Program-made: the position numbers and the translations under genes
Shown here: positions 1 to 8,829 of the stretch, in pieces
Numbering within the stretch: position 1 is the stretch's first letter
Layout: every line of letters begins with the position of its first letter
Notes under the pieces: generated by a model
The model's database searches: none
What the model was told of the DNA's origin: nothing
The model's input: the letters and a program-made list of their open reading frames with translations, nothing else
Assembly (NCBI GenBank): GCA_033763315.1
Contig: JANRKS010000031.1
Span: 160,001 to 224,000 of the forward strand
Direction: 5' to 3'
Source: Deltaproteobacteria bacterium
GTDB lineage: Bacteria; Myxococcota_A; Polyangia; Fen-1088
DNA: 64,000 bases

Positions 1-36
1 CACGGCCGATCGGCCGCCCGTCACATCCCACGTGTG

Positions 37-1533
37 TCAGCGGCACAAACCAGAGGCGTCGCACCGGCGGCCACCGGTGCATTGCGCGTCTGTGGTGTTC
101 ACCCTCAAGGTGCACGTGCCCGTGCCGCAAGAGAAGCAGCTCTCATTGCAGGCGCTATTGCAACAGGCACCATCAACGCAAAAGCCACTGGCGCACTCGG
201 CGCTTACGCTACAGCGCTGCCCATTGACTTTCGTGCAAGCACCACGGGCGTCGCACATGACTGAACCGCTGCAGCCGCGGGGATCCACGGCGTTCGTGAT
301 CGATTTGCAAGTCCCATCGCCGCAGTTCTGGCACGCGCCGCCGCATGCGCTGTTGCAGCAGATACCACTGACACAATGCCCGGTAGCGCAATCAGTGTCG
401 CGGCTGCAGATCTGACCGTTGCTGCGTCCGCACGTGCCGCGCCCATCGCAAGAATACTTGCCGGTGCACGTGTAGTGAGGCGCTCCGTCTTGGCTACCGG
501 CGGGGCGTGGCACACAGGTCCCTCCCGCGCCTGTGCATTGCATGCACGGGCCACACGATGTGCGGCAGCAGTGGCCATCGGTGCAGTTGCCGGAAGCACA
601 AACGTTGCTGGTCTCGCACAAGGCCCCGTCGACGCTACGACGAATGCATGCGCCCGCGATACATCCTTCGCCGGCTCCGCAGTCAGCATCCACTTTGCAC
701 CGCGGACCACACATTCCAGCACCGTCGCACACGCCACCGTTCGCGCAGCCTGCCCCGCCACCGATCGAACCGCTTGGGCGCGGCACGCAGGATCCTTCAT
801 GACCCGGCGCCGAGCACACCTCGCACGCACCGGTGCAGGCACTGGAGCAGCACAAACCATCAATGCAATGACCGTGGGCGCAGTCCGCGTCGGCGCGACA
901 CATGTGCCCCGCGCTGTTGCGGCAAGTGCCCTCGCCATCACACGTCTGCTCGTTTTCGCACGGCAGTGGTGCGTTGGTGTCGGGCTCGCCTAGAGGCACA
1001 GGGGCGCACGTACCAACGCTGCCGCGCAAGTTGCAAGCCGCGCAGGTGCCGCACTGTTTTTGCCCGCAACACACGCCATCAACGCATGCGCCCGATAAAC
1101 ACTGTTCGTTGGCGCTGCATGATTCCCCGTTTGGCCCCAGGCCCAACAAATCCTCGGTGTCGGGCCAATCCTGCGTTGGCATCAGCGTGACGCGCACAAC
1201 GGTTTGTTGGCCGCTCTCCGCGATCGGCATGGTGCGGCCGCGCCCAATGCGGGCGCCGTCTTTGATCGCAAAAATGTTTAGTTCAAGGCGCCCGGTCGCG
1301 TCGCCTATGTGCAGAACGATGCTTCCCAACTCTGCCTCTGAGACGGGCTGCAAGGTCCCCTCCTTCGGCAGACGTTCATCGTCAAACAGCGGAACGCCTT
1401 CAGGGCCGTAGAGAAAAACGCGCAAGGCTTCTGGATCGCTTGGCATCCCGGAGCCATTTACCACTTCGACCACCAAAGACGTCTCTGTGCCGTCTCCGCA
1501 TGACCCCACCACAAAGATGGCCAGCGCGCACAT
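37..1533 (-). CDS. Cys-rich repeat (lipo)protein of myxobacterial type
   Basis: Signal/lipobox-like N-terminus (MCALAIFVVGSC). Five copies of a GxxCxxxxxCxxGxCxxGxCC...C..C repeat. Start taken at ATG 1533, just after the stop of the upstream TPR gene. Confidence 0.8.
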   Translation of the reverse strand: MCALAIFVVGSCGDGTETSLVVEVVNGSGMPSDPEALRVFLYGPEGVPLFDDERLPKEGTLQPVSEAELGSIVLHIGDATGRLELNIFAIKDGARIGRGRTMPIAESGQQTVVRVTLMPTQDWPDTEDLLGLGPNGESCSANEQCLSGACVDGVCCGQKQCGTCAACNLRGSVGTCAPVPLGEPDTNAPLPCENEQTCDGEGTCRNSAGHMCRADADCAHGHCIDGLCCSSACTGACEVCSAPGHEGSCVPRPSGSIGGGAGCANGGVCDGAGMCGPRCKVDADCGAGEGCIAGACIRRSVDGALCETSNVCASGNCTDGHCCRTSCGPCMQCTGAGGTCVPRPAGSQDGAPHYTCTGKYSCDGRGTCGRSNGQICSRDTDCATGHCVSGICCNSACGGACQNCGDGTCKSITNAVDPRGCSGSVMCDARGACTKVNGQRCSVSAECASGFCVDGACCNSACNESCFSCGTGTCTLRVNTTDAQCTGGRRCDASGLCR

Positions 1534-1537
1534 AACA

Positions 1538-2257
1538 CTAACGCGAGAGTGTGCCAATTGAGCCCTCCTGCAGCGGCGTGCGGTCATTCTGGCTGATCAG
1601 AAACCAAGTGGCGCCTGCAGCGAGCACGGCCGCTCCCAAGGCCGGCCAAACCCAGTTTAGGGCCCGCTGTTTTTGCGCGGGAACTTCTGTCGCTTGCTGA
1701 AGATTAAGACCTGCGGGCTCACCTTGCATTGCAAGGTTCGGCCTTGGCAAATACGATTCGTTGTCGCCTTCGTCTTTGGCCTGCGCCACAAGTGTGGCGA
1801 CGGGGGCGGCAGGCACATCCCGCGTCTCGGCTGTCGACGCCTTCTTGGAAGCGGCTTTGGCGGCGGCCGGTGCCGGGCGTGGGCCGCGTGCTTTGACTCC
1901 GGTGAGAGCGGCCAAGGCCTCTTGCACCGCGGGTCTGTGAACGTCTGTGGCGGGAGCGCGTTGAAGAAAGAAGCGGTAATGCTTCGTGGCTTCACGGATG
2001 TTGCCCAGCCGCGCATGGCAGTGGGCGATGTTCAGCAGAAATCCTCGCAGACCGGTGAGGGTGAACGCGCGTTCGTAGCCTCGCAACGCCGCCTGGTATT
2101 CGCCGGATGAAAAGTGCACTTCGGCTTGCAAGAACAACTTGCGGGCACGCTCGCGCTGCGATGGTGCGGCGGCCGCGGGCGAGGAAGCCGCCGTGGCGTG
2201 CGTCTGCGCGGTAAAGGCCATCAGCACGGCGAACACAGCCACGCGTACAGCCGTCAT
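1538..2257 (-). CDS. Secreted/membrane-anchored TPR protein
   Basis: Signal peptide (MTAVRVAVFAVLMAFTAQ), TPR helices (ARKLFLQAEVHFSSGEYQAALRGYERAF...LLNIAHCH) and a C-terminal TM segment. Start re-chosen at ATG 2257. Confidence 0.8.
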   Translation of the reverse strand: MTAVRVAVFAVLMAFTAQTHATAASSPAAAAPSQRERARKLFLQAEVHFSSGEYQAALRGYERAFTLTGLRGFLLNIAHCHARLGNIREATKHYRFFLQRAPATDVHRPAVQEALAALTGVKARGPRPAPAAAKAASKKASTAETRDVPAAPVATLVAQAKDEGDNESYLPRPNLAMQGEPAGLNLQQATEVPAQKQRALNWVWPALGAAVLAAGATWFLISQNDRTPLQEGSIGTLSR

Positions 2258-2273
2258 GTGCCGCTTATGCAAG

Positions 2274-3998
2274 CTATGGCGAGAACGGGTCGACATGCGC
2301 AGCGTCCAAAACATCGCCAGTGTGCTTCCACAGGTCCAGGTGCGGTTTCGTTCGCACTCGTTCCACATCACGCAGAGCCACGGATCTTCGGCGCACAACG
2401 GGCGGTTCGCGGGGCGCAACCAACGGCTCATCATTGGCCGTCTTGGCCACCTGTGGTTCCGGCGCGGCCAGCGGTTGTCGCAGTCCCTCTTCAAACAATG
2501 ACGTCAATTCCCGCGTGCGAAGCTCGTCTAGCAGCGTTGAACGCGACAGCGGCGTGGTGTGAATCTGGGCGGTTGTCTGCGGAGCCAAGGCCGGAGCAAC
2601 CTCTGCCTGCGCCACCGGCTGAGCCGTGTCATTCGATGTGCCGAGTGCCCTCAAAGTTAGGACGAAGGCGAGGGCCGCAAACAGCGCCGCGCCGGCCCGC
2701 GCCGGCCGGGGCAAACGCGACAACAAAGCCGCAGGCCACCCACCTCTACGCTGCCACATCTGTGTGGGGACGAAGATCTGTGAATCAGCCTTGAGTAAAG
2801 TGGCCTTTGATTCCGTCACGCCTGCGGGCAGATCCAGATCCGCATCAAACACCTCGGCCATCGTCTCAGCGGTTTCGGTTGACGGCAACTCACTGACGGG
2901 CTGGGCGCCGTTGGATGCACCGCTTGGCAAGGCGAATCCCAAAGGCCGTCGTCCGAACGCGTGTTCCAATAGGCGCGGAATGTCAGTGCGATGGTGCGAT
3001 ACCACCCGCAACACTTCATCGAGATCTTCGGCCAAGTGATCGGCGGTGGGATAACGGTCAGCGGGGTTGCGTGCGAGCGCGCGCAGAACCACAGCGTCGA
3101 ACGCCTTAGGCACTTCAGGGGCGATCTTTGACGGTGGCGTGATGGGCCGTTCAAGCACGTTGTAAAGTGTGCGTGCGTCGTCTTCGCCGGCAAAGAGACG
3201 GCGGCATGTGAGCATCTCCCACATCACCACGCCCAAAGAGAAAATGTCCGAACGGCCATCCAAGGGGCGACCTGTCACCTGTTCGGGCGATGTGTAGCCA
3301 AGCTTTCCTTTGAGCACCTTGCCCTGCGTGACTGAAGAGGCCAACCGCTGATCGGAAAGCGCGATGCCAAAGTCAAAGAGCTTCACGGTGCCGGCGTCGA
3401 GCAGCATCACGTTTTCAGGGCTCACATCTCTGTGAACCAAGTGCAATGGTTTGCCATCGGAATCGCAAGCTGTGTGCGCGTAGGCCAAGCCGTGTGCGAT
3501 CTGCTGTGCCACGAAAGCTGCCGTTGACGGTGCCATGCGTTCGCCGCGGCGTGAAAGCTGCGTTAACACCGAGGCCAGATCCATGCCGTCGAGGTAATCC
3601 ATCGACAAGTAGTGAATGCCCGCGACGACTCCGAACTCGTACACTTGCACAAGGTTCGGGTGGTGCAGCATGGCACTAAGCTTCGCTTCGTCAGCAAACA
3701 GACTCACGAAGTAGGGGGACGATGCAAAGGCCGGCAGGATGCGCTTGACCACGAAGACGCGGCGGAAGCCCTGAGCCCCTTCAGCCACCGCTTTCCAAAC
3801 CTCAGCCATACCGCCGCTGCCAAGTTTCTCCTGCAGCAGGTACCGCCCGAACCGTTCGTGGAACACGTGGCCCTCGTCTGACACCGCCAACGCCGGCGTG
3901 CCCTCAAGTCGACAACGCTGCACCACGGTTGAATCGTCGGCAGAGCCGCTGCGAAGAAGCGGCAAGGTGACGTCCTCCATATTGCTTAGGTCCTGCAT
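2274..3998 (-). CDS. Membrane-anchored Hanks-type Ser/Thr protein kinase
   Basis: GSGGMAEV, VVKRI, HRDVSPEN, DFG, YTSPEQ and SDIFSLG motifs, with a TM segment after the kinase domain. Start uncertain (3998 or 3980). Confidence 0.93.
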   Translation of the reverse strand: MQDLSNMEDVTLPLLRSGSADDSTVVQRCRLEGTPALAVSDEGHVFHERFGRYLLQEKLGSGGMAEVWKAVAEGAQGFRRVFVVKRILPAFASSPYFVSLFADEAKLSAMLHHPNLVQVYEFGVVAGIHYLSMDYLDGMDLASVLTQLSRRGERMAPSTAAFVAQQIAHGLAYAHTACDSDGKPLHLVHRDVSPENVMLLDAGTVKLFDFGIALSDQRLASSVTQGKVLKGKLGYTSPEQVTGRPLDGRSDIFSLGVVMWEMLTCRRLFAGEDDARTLYNVLERPITPPSKIAPEVPKAFDAVVLRALARNPADRYPTADHLAEDLDEVLRVVSHHRTDIPRLLEHAFGRRPLGFALPSGASNGAQPVSELPSTETAETMAEVFDADLDLPAGVTESKATLLKADSQIFVPTQMWQRRGGWPAALLSRLPRPARAGAALFAALAFVLTLRALGTSNDTAQPVAQAEVAPALAPQTTAQIHTTPLSRSTLLDELRTRELTSLFEEGLRQPLAAPEPQVAKTANDEPLVAPREPPVVRRRSVALRDVERVRTKPHLDLWKHTGDVLDAAHVDPFSP

Positions 3999-4298
3999 GT
4001 GCGACAGCCTCGCGATGCCGTCCTGACAAGGGGCCAGGTGGTAACGCTGCCTGGAAAGGATTACCCGCACACGCGTGTAAGTCAACGAATTAGATGTAAG
4101 AAGAATTACGTATCGTCTGAGACATAATCCTGGCGCGCGACCCCCGGCGTGAGGTTCATGCAAACGAGCGAAACTTCAGCCCTTCGCTCACGCGGCCCCG
4201 CCGCCGCTTGAACCTGCACGGTGGGCGAGTCACGAACGCGACGGCGTTCATCCCTCCCTAGCAGCGTGAGGGCGTAGGGTCCGTTATGATGACCACCC

Positions 4299-4616
4299 AT
4301 GGAGACTGTTGAACAAGCCAAACCTCGCAGCTGGTTTCGCCGGCTAATGCTGCATCTTGAACTTGGCGTGCTGCTGGGCTTGGTGGCGTGGACGCTGGTC
4401 GGCGCCTCGCTGATCACGTGGTGGTACAAGCCGCCCGTGGACCAGGCCTTGTCATGTTCGCCGATGGTGCAGTCGGCTTTGACTGACTTCTCCCGCTATC
4501 AGTTGATCGCCGCGGGCGCCGGAGCCGCTTTGGTAATGATCGTATCCGCCCTGGTGCGCCGCAAACCCGCCGCCGTAGCGAGCCCAACCACCTCCACAGC
4601 CCCGCGGACACCATAA
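4299..4616 (+). CDS. Small two-TM hypothetical membrane protein
   Basis: 105 aa ORF with two hydrophobic segments, followed directly by a terminator hairpin. Confidence 0.7.
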   Translation: METVEQAKPRSWFRRLMLHLELGVLLGLVAWTLVGASLITWWYKPPVDQALSCSPMVQSALTDFSRYQLIAAGAGAALVMIVSALVRRKPAAVASPTTSTAPRTP

Positions 4617-4651
4617 AAAAAGCCCCACCGCCCAAAGACGATGGGGCTTTT
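4615..4651. terminator. Bidirectional rho-independent terminator
   Basis: AAAAGCCCCA...TGGGGCTTTT stem with A/T tails between convergent genes. Confidence 0.85.
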
Positions 4652-4667
4652 GCAGAGCGGCCGTTCG

Positions 4668-5246
4668 CTAGCCCAGGTTCTTCGCGGCGAAGTCCCAGTT
4701 GATCAGATGTTTGATGAACGTCTCAACGTAGTTGGGACGAGCGTTGCGGAAGTCGATGTAGTACGCGTGCTCCCACACATCGCAAGTGAGCAACGGCTTT
4801 TCGCCCGTGCGCAGGGGTGTCTCGGCATTGCCGGTCTTCATGACCTTGAGCTTGCCTCCCGACTCGACCAACCAAGCCCAGCCTGAACCGAACTGCGTCT
4901 TGGCTGCTTCGCTGAACTGTTGCAGGAACGAGTCAACCGAACCGAAGTCACGGTTGATGGCTTCAAGCAGTTTGCCCGTAGGCAAACCACCGCCGCCTGG
5001 CTTCATGCTGTTCCAGTAAAAGGTGTGGTTCCAAACCTGGGCCGCGTTGTTAAACACGCCGCCCTCGCTGGTCTTAACCAAGTCTTCGAGCGAGCTCGAA
5101 GATTCGGGCTTGCCTTCGAGCAGTTTGTTCAAGTTCGTCACGTAGGCCTGGTGATGCTTGCCGTAGTGAAAGTCGATCGTCTCGGCGCTGATGTGAGGCG
5201 CCAGGGCGTCTTTGGCCCAGGGCAGTGCAGGTAACTCGAATGCCAT
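4668..5246 (-). CDS. sodB: Superoxide dismutase [Fe]
   Basis: HYGKHHQAY, FNNAAQVWNHTFYW (AAQ indicates Fe type), FGSGWAW and DVWEHAYY motifs. Confidence 0.96.
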   Translation of the reverse strand: MAFELPALPWAKDALAPHISAETIDFHYGKHHQAYVTNLNKLLEGKPESSSSLEDLVKTSEGGVFNNAAQVWNHTFYWNSMKPGGGGLPTGKLLEAINRDFGSVDSFLQQFSEAAKTQFGSGWAWLVESGGKLKVMKTGNAETPLRTGEKPLLTCDVWEHAYYIDFRNARPNYVETFIKHLINWDFAAKNLG

Positions 5247-5376
5247 CGTGAAGTCCTCTCGGTTTGAGGGTTAGCGAAACGCGCAGATTTTCCGCGCAGC
5301 ATACCATCGTGCCTATGCTTGTCACCGCTGCAGGCTGCGCCGCACAGCTTCGTTTGCTAGAGTGAGTAAACGCTTT

Positions 5377-5735
5377 GGGGGCGAACTAGGCTCGACGGGG
5401 GGAAGCAAAGCGCATGTTGCGTGCCGAGGCGCCCGAGGCCTCGTAAAAACGGGCAAAATCGAACTGCGAACGATAATGCGTTCGCTCTGGCAGCCTAAAA
5501 AACTGATCAGACCGTGAATCCGGGAGTCGCCTGCGGCCCGGCCTAGCGGCTAATTTAGCGGGCTAGACATCGGTGGGTGCCAACCGGCACCGAATGTGAC
5601 TTTTACCGGCGGGCTAAGCTGCAGAACGCAAGTTAACGAGCGTCACTGCGGACGAAAAATCAATCGCTGACTACGCACGTAGCGGCAGGCGTGGAGCCCT
5701 CTCGGACCGGGGTGCAATTCCCCGCGCCTCCACCA
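5377..5735 (+). ncRNA. ssrA: tmRNA (tag peptide ANDNAFALAA at 5466-5498)
   Basis: 5' GGGGGCGAACTAGGCTCGAC, 3' T-arm/acceptor CCGGGGTGCAATTCCCCGCGCCTCCACCA, and internal tag frame gcg aac gat aat gcg ttc gct ctg gca gcc taa. Confidence 0.96.
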
Positions 5736-5739
5736 AAGA

Positions 5740-5800
5740 GACGGCAAACGGCGCCGGACCTCAAGTTGTCTTGTGGGTCCGGCGCCGAAGACTTGCCGTC
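5740..5800. terminator. Long hairpin downstream of tmRNA (terminator or processing signal)
   Basis: GACGGCAA/TTGCCGTC outer stem plus a perfect 12-bp CGGCGCCGGACC/GGTCCGGCGCCG stem. No clear U-tract. Confidence 0.55.
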
Positions 5801-5817
5801 AATGTTACGTTAAAGGC

Positions 5818-6555
5818 ATGTCGCTTTGGGTACTGCTGGTCGGCGCCGCCCCGGCCATGGCGCTGATGGCGTTCTTCTACTGGCGTGATCGTTATGAGCG
5901 AGAGCCGTTGCCGCATGTCCTCGCCGCTTTCATCCTGGGTGCCTACGCCCTGTTGGCTGCCCAAGGCGCCGCCGGGCTTGTCGAACGGTTCGTGACGCGC
6001 GAATGGCTTGCGCTGGGGGGCACACCGGCGCGCCTCTTCGACGCTTTCGTGGTGGCGGGGCTTGTGGAGGAATGCGCCAAGCTTATTGTGCTCGCTGGGG
6101 CCGTTTATCACTGGTCCCAGTTTGACGAGCCGCTTGATGGCTTGATCTATGGCGTGGCGGTCTCGCTCGGGTTTGCTGGCGTCGAGAATGTGTTTTATCT
6201 GGCGCGGCTTGGCTTAGGCGTCGCGTGGCTGCGCGCGGTGTTTGCCGTGCCGGCCCACGCGCTCATGGGGGCGATCATGGGCTTTTACTTGGGACGCGCC
6301 AAATTTGAAAAGGGTGGGTTGCAGGCGCGGCATTTCCTTTATGCGCTAGGCCTGCCCACGCTGTTTCATGGTGCGTACGATTTCGCGCTGGCCCGGCGCC
6401 TCCAATCGCTGGTGTGGATCACGATCAGCGTTCTCTCTGCCTTATTCTGGCGTTTCGTCCTGGTTCGCGTGTATCGCGCGCAACGCGCTTCGCCATTCCG
6501 GCCGCGCACGATCGCGCCCTTTTCGCGACCTACCGAAAAGCATCCACATAGATGA
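5818..6555 (+). CDS. prsW: PrsW-family glutamic-type intramembrane protease
   Basis: DRYEREP, AGLVEECAK, FDEPLDG, GFAGVEN, PAH and FHGAYD motifs, multi-TM. Confidence 0.9.
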   Translation: MSLWVLLVGAAPAMALMAFFYWRDRYEREPLPHVLAAFILGAYALLAAQGAAGLVERFVTREWLALGGTPARLFDAFVVAGLVEECAKLIVLAGAVYHWSQFDEPLDGLIYGVAVSLGFAGVENVFYLARLGLGVAWLRAVFAVPAHALMGAIMGFYLGRAKFEKGGLQARHFLYALGLPTLFHGAYDFALARRLQSLVWITISVLSALFWRFVLVRVYRAQRASPFRPRTIAPFSRPTEKHPHR

Positions 6556-6668
6556 ATGCACGGCAAGTGATCGTTTTTCGGCGCTCAAACACACTATCCA
6601 TGACGAAACTCCGGGATCGGTTGCACTCACACCCGACTGACACTCGTTTCGACAACAAAGGAGCCCAC

Positions 6669-7634
6669 ATGAAAAAGCTGTTTGCGCTGCTTGCCAGCGT
6701 CTCTATTGCAAGTGGTGTGGCGGCTTGTGGAGCCAGCAACGGTGGCGGAGCGGACGGGGCGGGCGCCGGCAAAGCGGGCAGCAACGGGGCCGGAGGAACA
6801 GGCGGTTTTCAGGTTGATTTTTCGAACGGTGGGCGGCCGGCCTCGGGTGCCACCGGAGGCAGCGGCAACGTAAACAGCCCAGGCAGCTCCGAAAATGGCG
6901 GCTGCCGGAAAGTGGACTTGGTGTTTGCCGTTGATAACTCCAGCAGCATGCAGGAGGAGAAGAAGGCGTTGGCATCCGATGTCTTTCCGAAATTCGCCAA
7001 GGCACTCAGGGATGTAGGGGGTGGGCTGGACGATTACCGCGTCGGCGTGATCGACGCGTGCCCGAAGCCAGCCACTTTGCACGTCAAAGGCACAAGCGGC
7101 GCGTGCAACTTTGCCGGCGGCCAAACGTGGATGCAGTCGGCTTCGGCCAACCTTGAGCAGGAGTTTGCGTGCGTCGGCTCAATCGATTCGGCGGATACGC
7201 AATGTTCGGGGCGCAACGACGACGAACAGCCGGCTTCTTCCGCCAGCGCCGTGGTCGAGGCCTCCTTGGCAGGCACGGCCAACAAGGACTTCATCCGCAA
7301 GGACGCCCTGTTGGTGGTCGTGGCCATCACCGACGAAGATGAACAACCGGTGCCCGCGATGAGCACCAGCCAATTGTTCGAGCGCATGAAAGCTCTTAAG
7401 GGCGGTGATGCTTCACGCATCGTGTTCCTCGGCATCGGCGGCACAAAGGCTTGCCAGGGGCTATACGGCGACGCCGAGGAGGCCAAGCGCCTTAAAGAGT
7501 TGACGGGCTTGTTCGAGGCCGCCCAGCGTGGGGTGTTTTGGGATCTCTGTGCGGGTAAACTCGAAGACGGCCTGACCCAAGCCATGTCAGTCATCAATAA
7601 GGCCTGTGAGGCCTTCGTGCCCGTCGTCTTATGA
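6669..7634 (+). CDS. vWA-domain lipoprotein (myxobacterial type)
   Basis: GGAG RBS, lipobox VAAC, Gly-rich linker, MIDAS DNSSSM, and LVVVAITDEDE. Confidence 0.85.
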   Translation: MKKLFALLASVSIASGVAACGASNGGGADGAGAGKAGSNGAGGTGGFQVDFSNGGRPASGATGGSGNVNSPGSSENGGCRKVDLVFAVDNSSSMQEEKKALASDVFPKFAKALRDVGGGLDDYRVGVIDACPKPATLHVKGTSGACNFAGGQTWMQSASANLEQEFACVGSIDSADTQCSGRNDDEQPASSASAVVEASLAGTANKDFIRKDALLVVVAITDEDEQPVPAMSTSQLFERMKALKGGDASRIVFLGIGGTKACQGLYGDAEEAKRLKELTGLFEAAQRGVFWDLCAGKLEDGLTQAMSVINKACEAFVPVVL

Positions 7635-7696
7635 GCCGGCTCTGGCCTCGAAGGCTGGCCCGAGCCCGCCGCTGCGCCGGGTGTTAAACTGTCACG

Positions 7697-8365
7697 ATGC
7701 AACCTAGGAATCTTCGCCTGCCTTGGGAGACTTTGCGGCACCCTTGGATCGGGCTGTTTGGTTGGGTGGCTTTGTGTACGGCGGGCGGCTGCTCCAAGAA
7801 GGCGCCGAAGCCCGACGATGCTTTCACCAGCCAGTGGCGTGAGCTGTCGTCGCGGGAAGTCTTCTATATCGAAGACGATGGCGGGCAGGGCCTGATGGGG
7901 AGGGTGCCACGCGGCGAGCACCTGCCGGACAAGACTGGTATGGCAGCCGAGTACGACGAGCGCACTGGAGCCGATCTGCATCCCACGAGGCCGCCGGTGC
8001 CTGTGGCGCCAAGGGTGGCTGCCACGGGCGGCCAAACGGGTGGCGCAGGAGCCGCCGCTACTGCACCCTTGCCTGAGGCGTTGACCTTCTCCGAAGTTTC
8101 GTCTGTCGTGCGGCGCAACTTAGGAGGGGTGCGCGTGTGCTACCTCAAGCTAACCCGCAGTGGCTCAAGCCCGTCAGGCCGCGCGATTGTGAGCTTCTCT
8201 GTAGAGCCCGCAGGCAAGGTGGGTCAGGTCCGGGTGGACGCGCCTGTGTTCCAAGACACCTCGCTGCCGAATTGCGTGTCGGAGCAGGTGAAGCATTGGT
8301 CTTTTCCGCAAACGCAAAAGGGTGGGGCCACGGTGCAATACCCACTCGTGTTCGTAGGCGGATGA
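7697..8365 (+). CDS. Lipoprotein with AgmX/PglI-like (TonB_C-like) C-terminal domain
   Basis: AGGC lipobox-like motif. C-terminal VRVCY...GRAIVSFSVEPAGKV...NCV...WSFP...VQYPLVF pattern. Confidence 0.8.
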   Translation: MQPRNLRLPWETLRHPWIGLFGWVALCTAGGCSKKAPKPDDAFTSQWRELSSREVFYIEDDGGQGLMGRVPRGEHLPDKTGMAAEYDERTGADLHPTRPPVPVAPRVAATGGQTGGAGAAATAPLPEALTFSEVSSVVRRNLGGVRVCYLKLTRSGSSPSGRAIVSFSVEPAGKVGQVRVDAPVFQDTSLPNCVSEQVKHWSFPQTQKGGATVQYPLVFVGG

Positions 8366-8478
8366 CGGTCGCATTCGTTCGGAGCCAAAAATACCAAAAG
8401 TGCCGTCGATCCAGGGGACCGCGGCACTTTTGATGACCAAGCAGGGCGCGAACGCTCTTTTGAACTTTTGCTGTGCGG

Positions 8479-8691
8479 CTACTCTTCCAAGTAGAACACG
8501 GTGATCGCCAAACAGTGGAACGCTTCGTCAGATGACTGCGTAACGATCGTATCAACGATCTTGCGGTTCTGATGGTCGCGAATCCAGGCGGTCACTTTCT
8601 CACCCAAGTTCTCGCGCTCTTGCGCCATGGTCGCCGAGAAGACCTTCACGCCATTAAAGCGAGCTGTGGTGGAGTTCTGATTCTGCGACAT
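8479..8691 (-). CDS. Small conserved myxobacterial-type hypothetical protein (70 aa)
   Basis: GVKVFSAT...LGEKVTAWI...VTQSSDEAFHCLAITVFY pattern. AAGGA RBS upstream. Confidence 0.8.
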   Translation of the reverse strand: MSQNQNSTTARFNGVKVFSATMAQERENLGEKVTAWIRDHQNRKIVDTIVTQSSDEAFHCLAITVFYLEE

Positions 8692-8829
8692 AAAACATGT
8701 TCCTTTCGTTCGGTCCTGCGAAGTCGATCCAAGTTGTCAGCCCGCCCAAGGCGCGTACCCCGTGCCAAAGCCAATCTAAGCCCAGGCCGCGATCCTTACA
8801 AGAAGGCCCCGCGGCGCGAGTGACATTCC

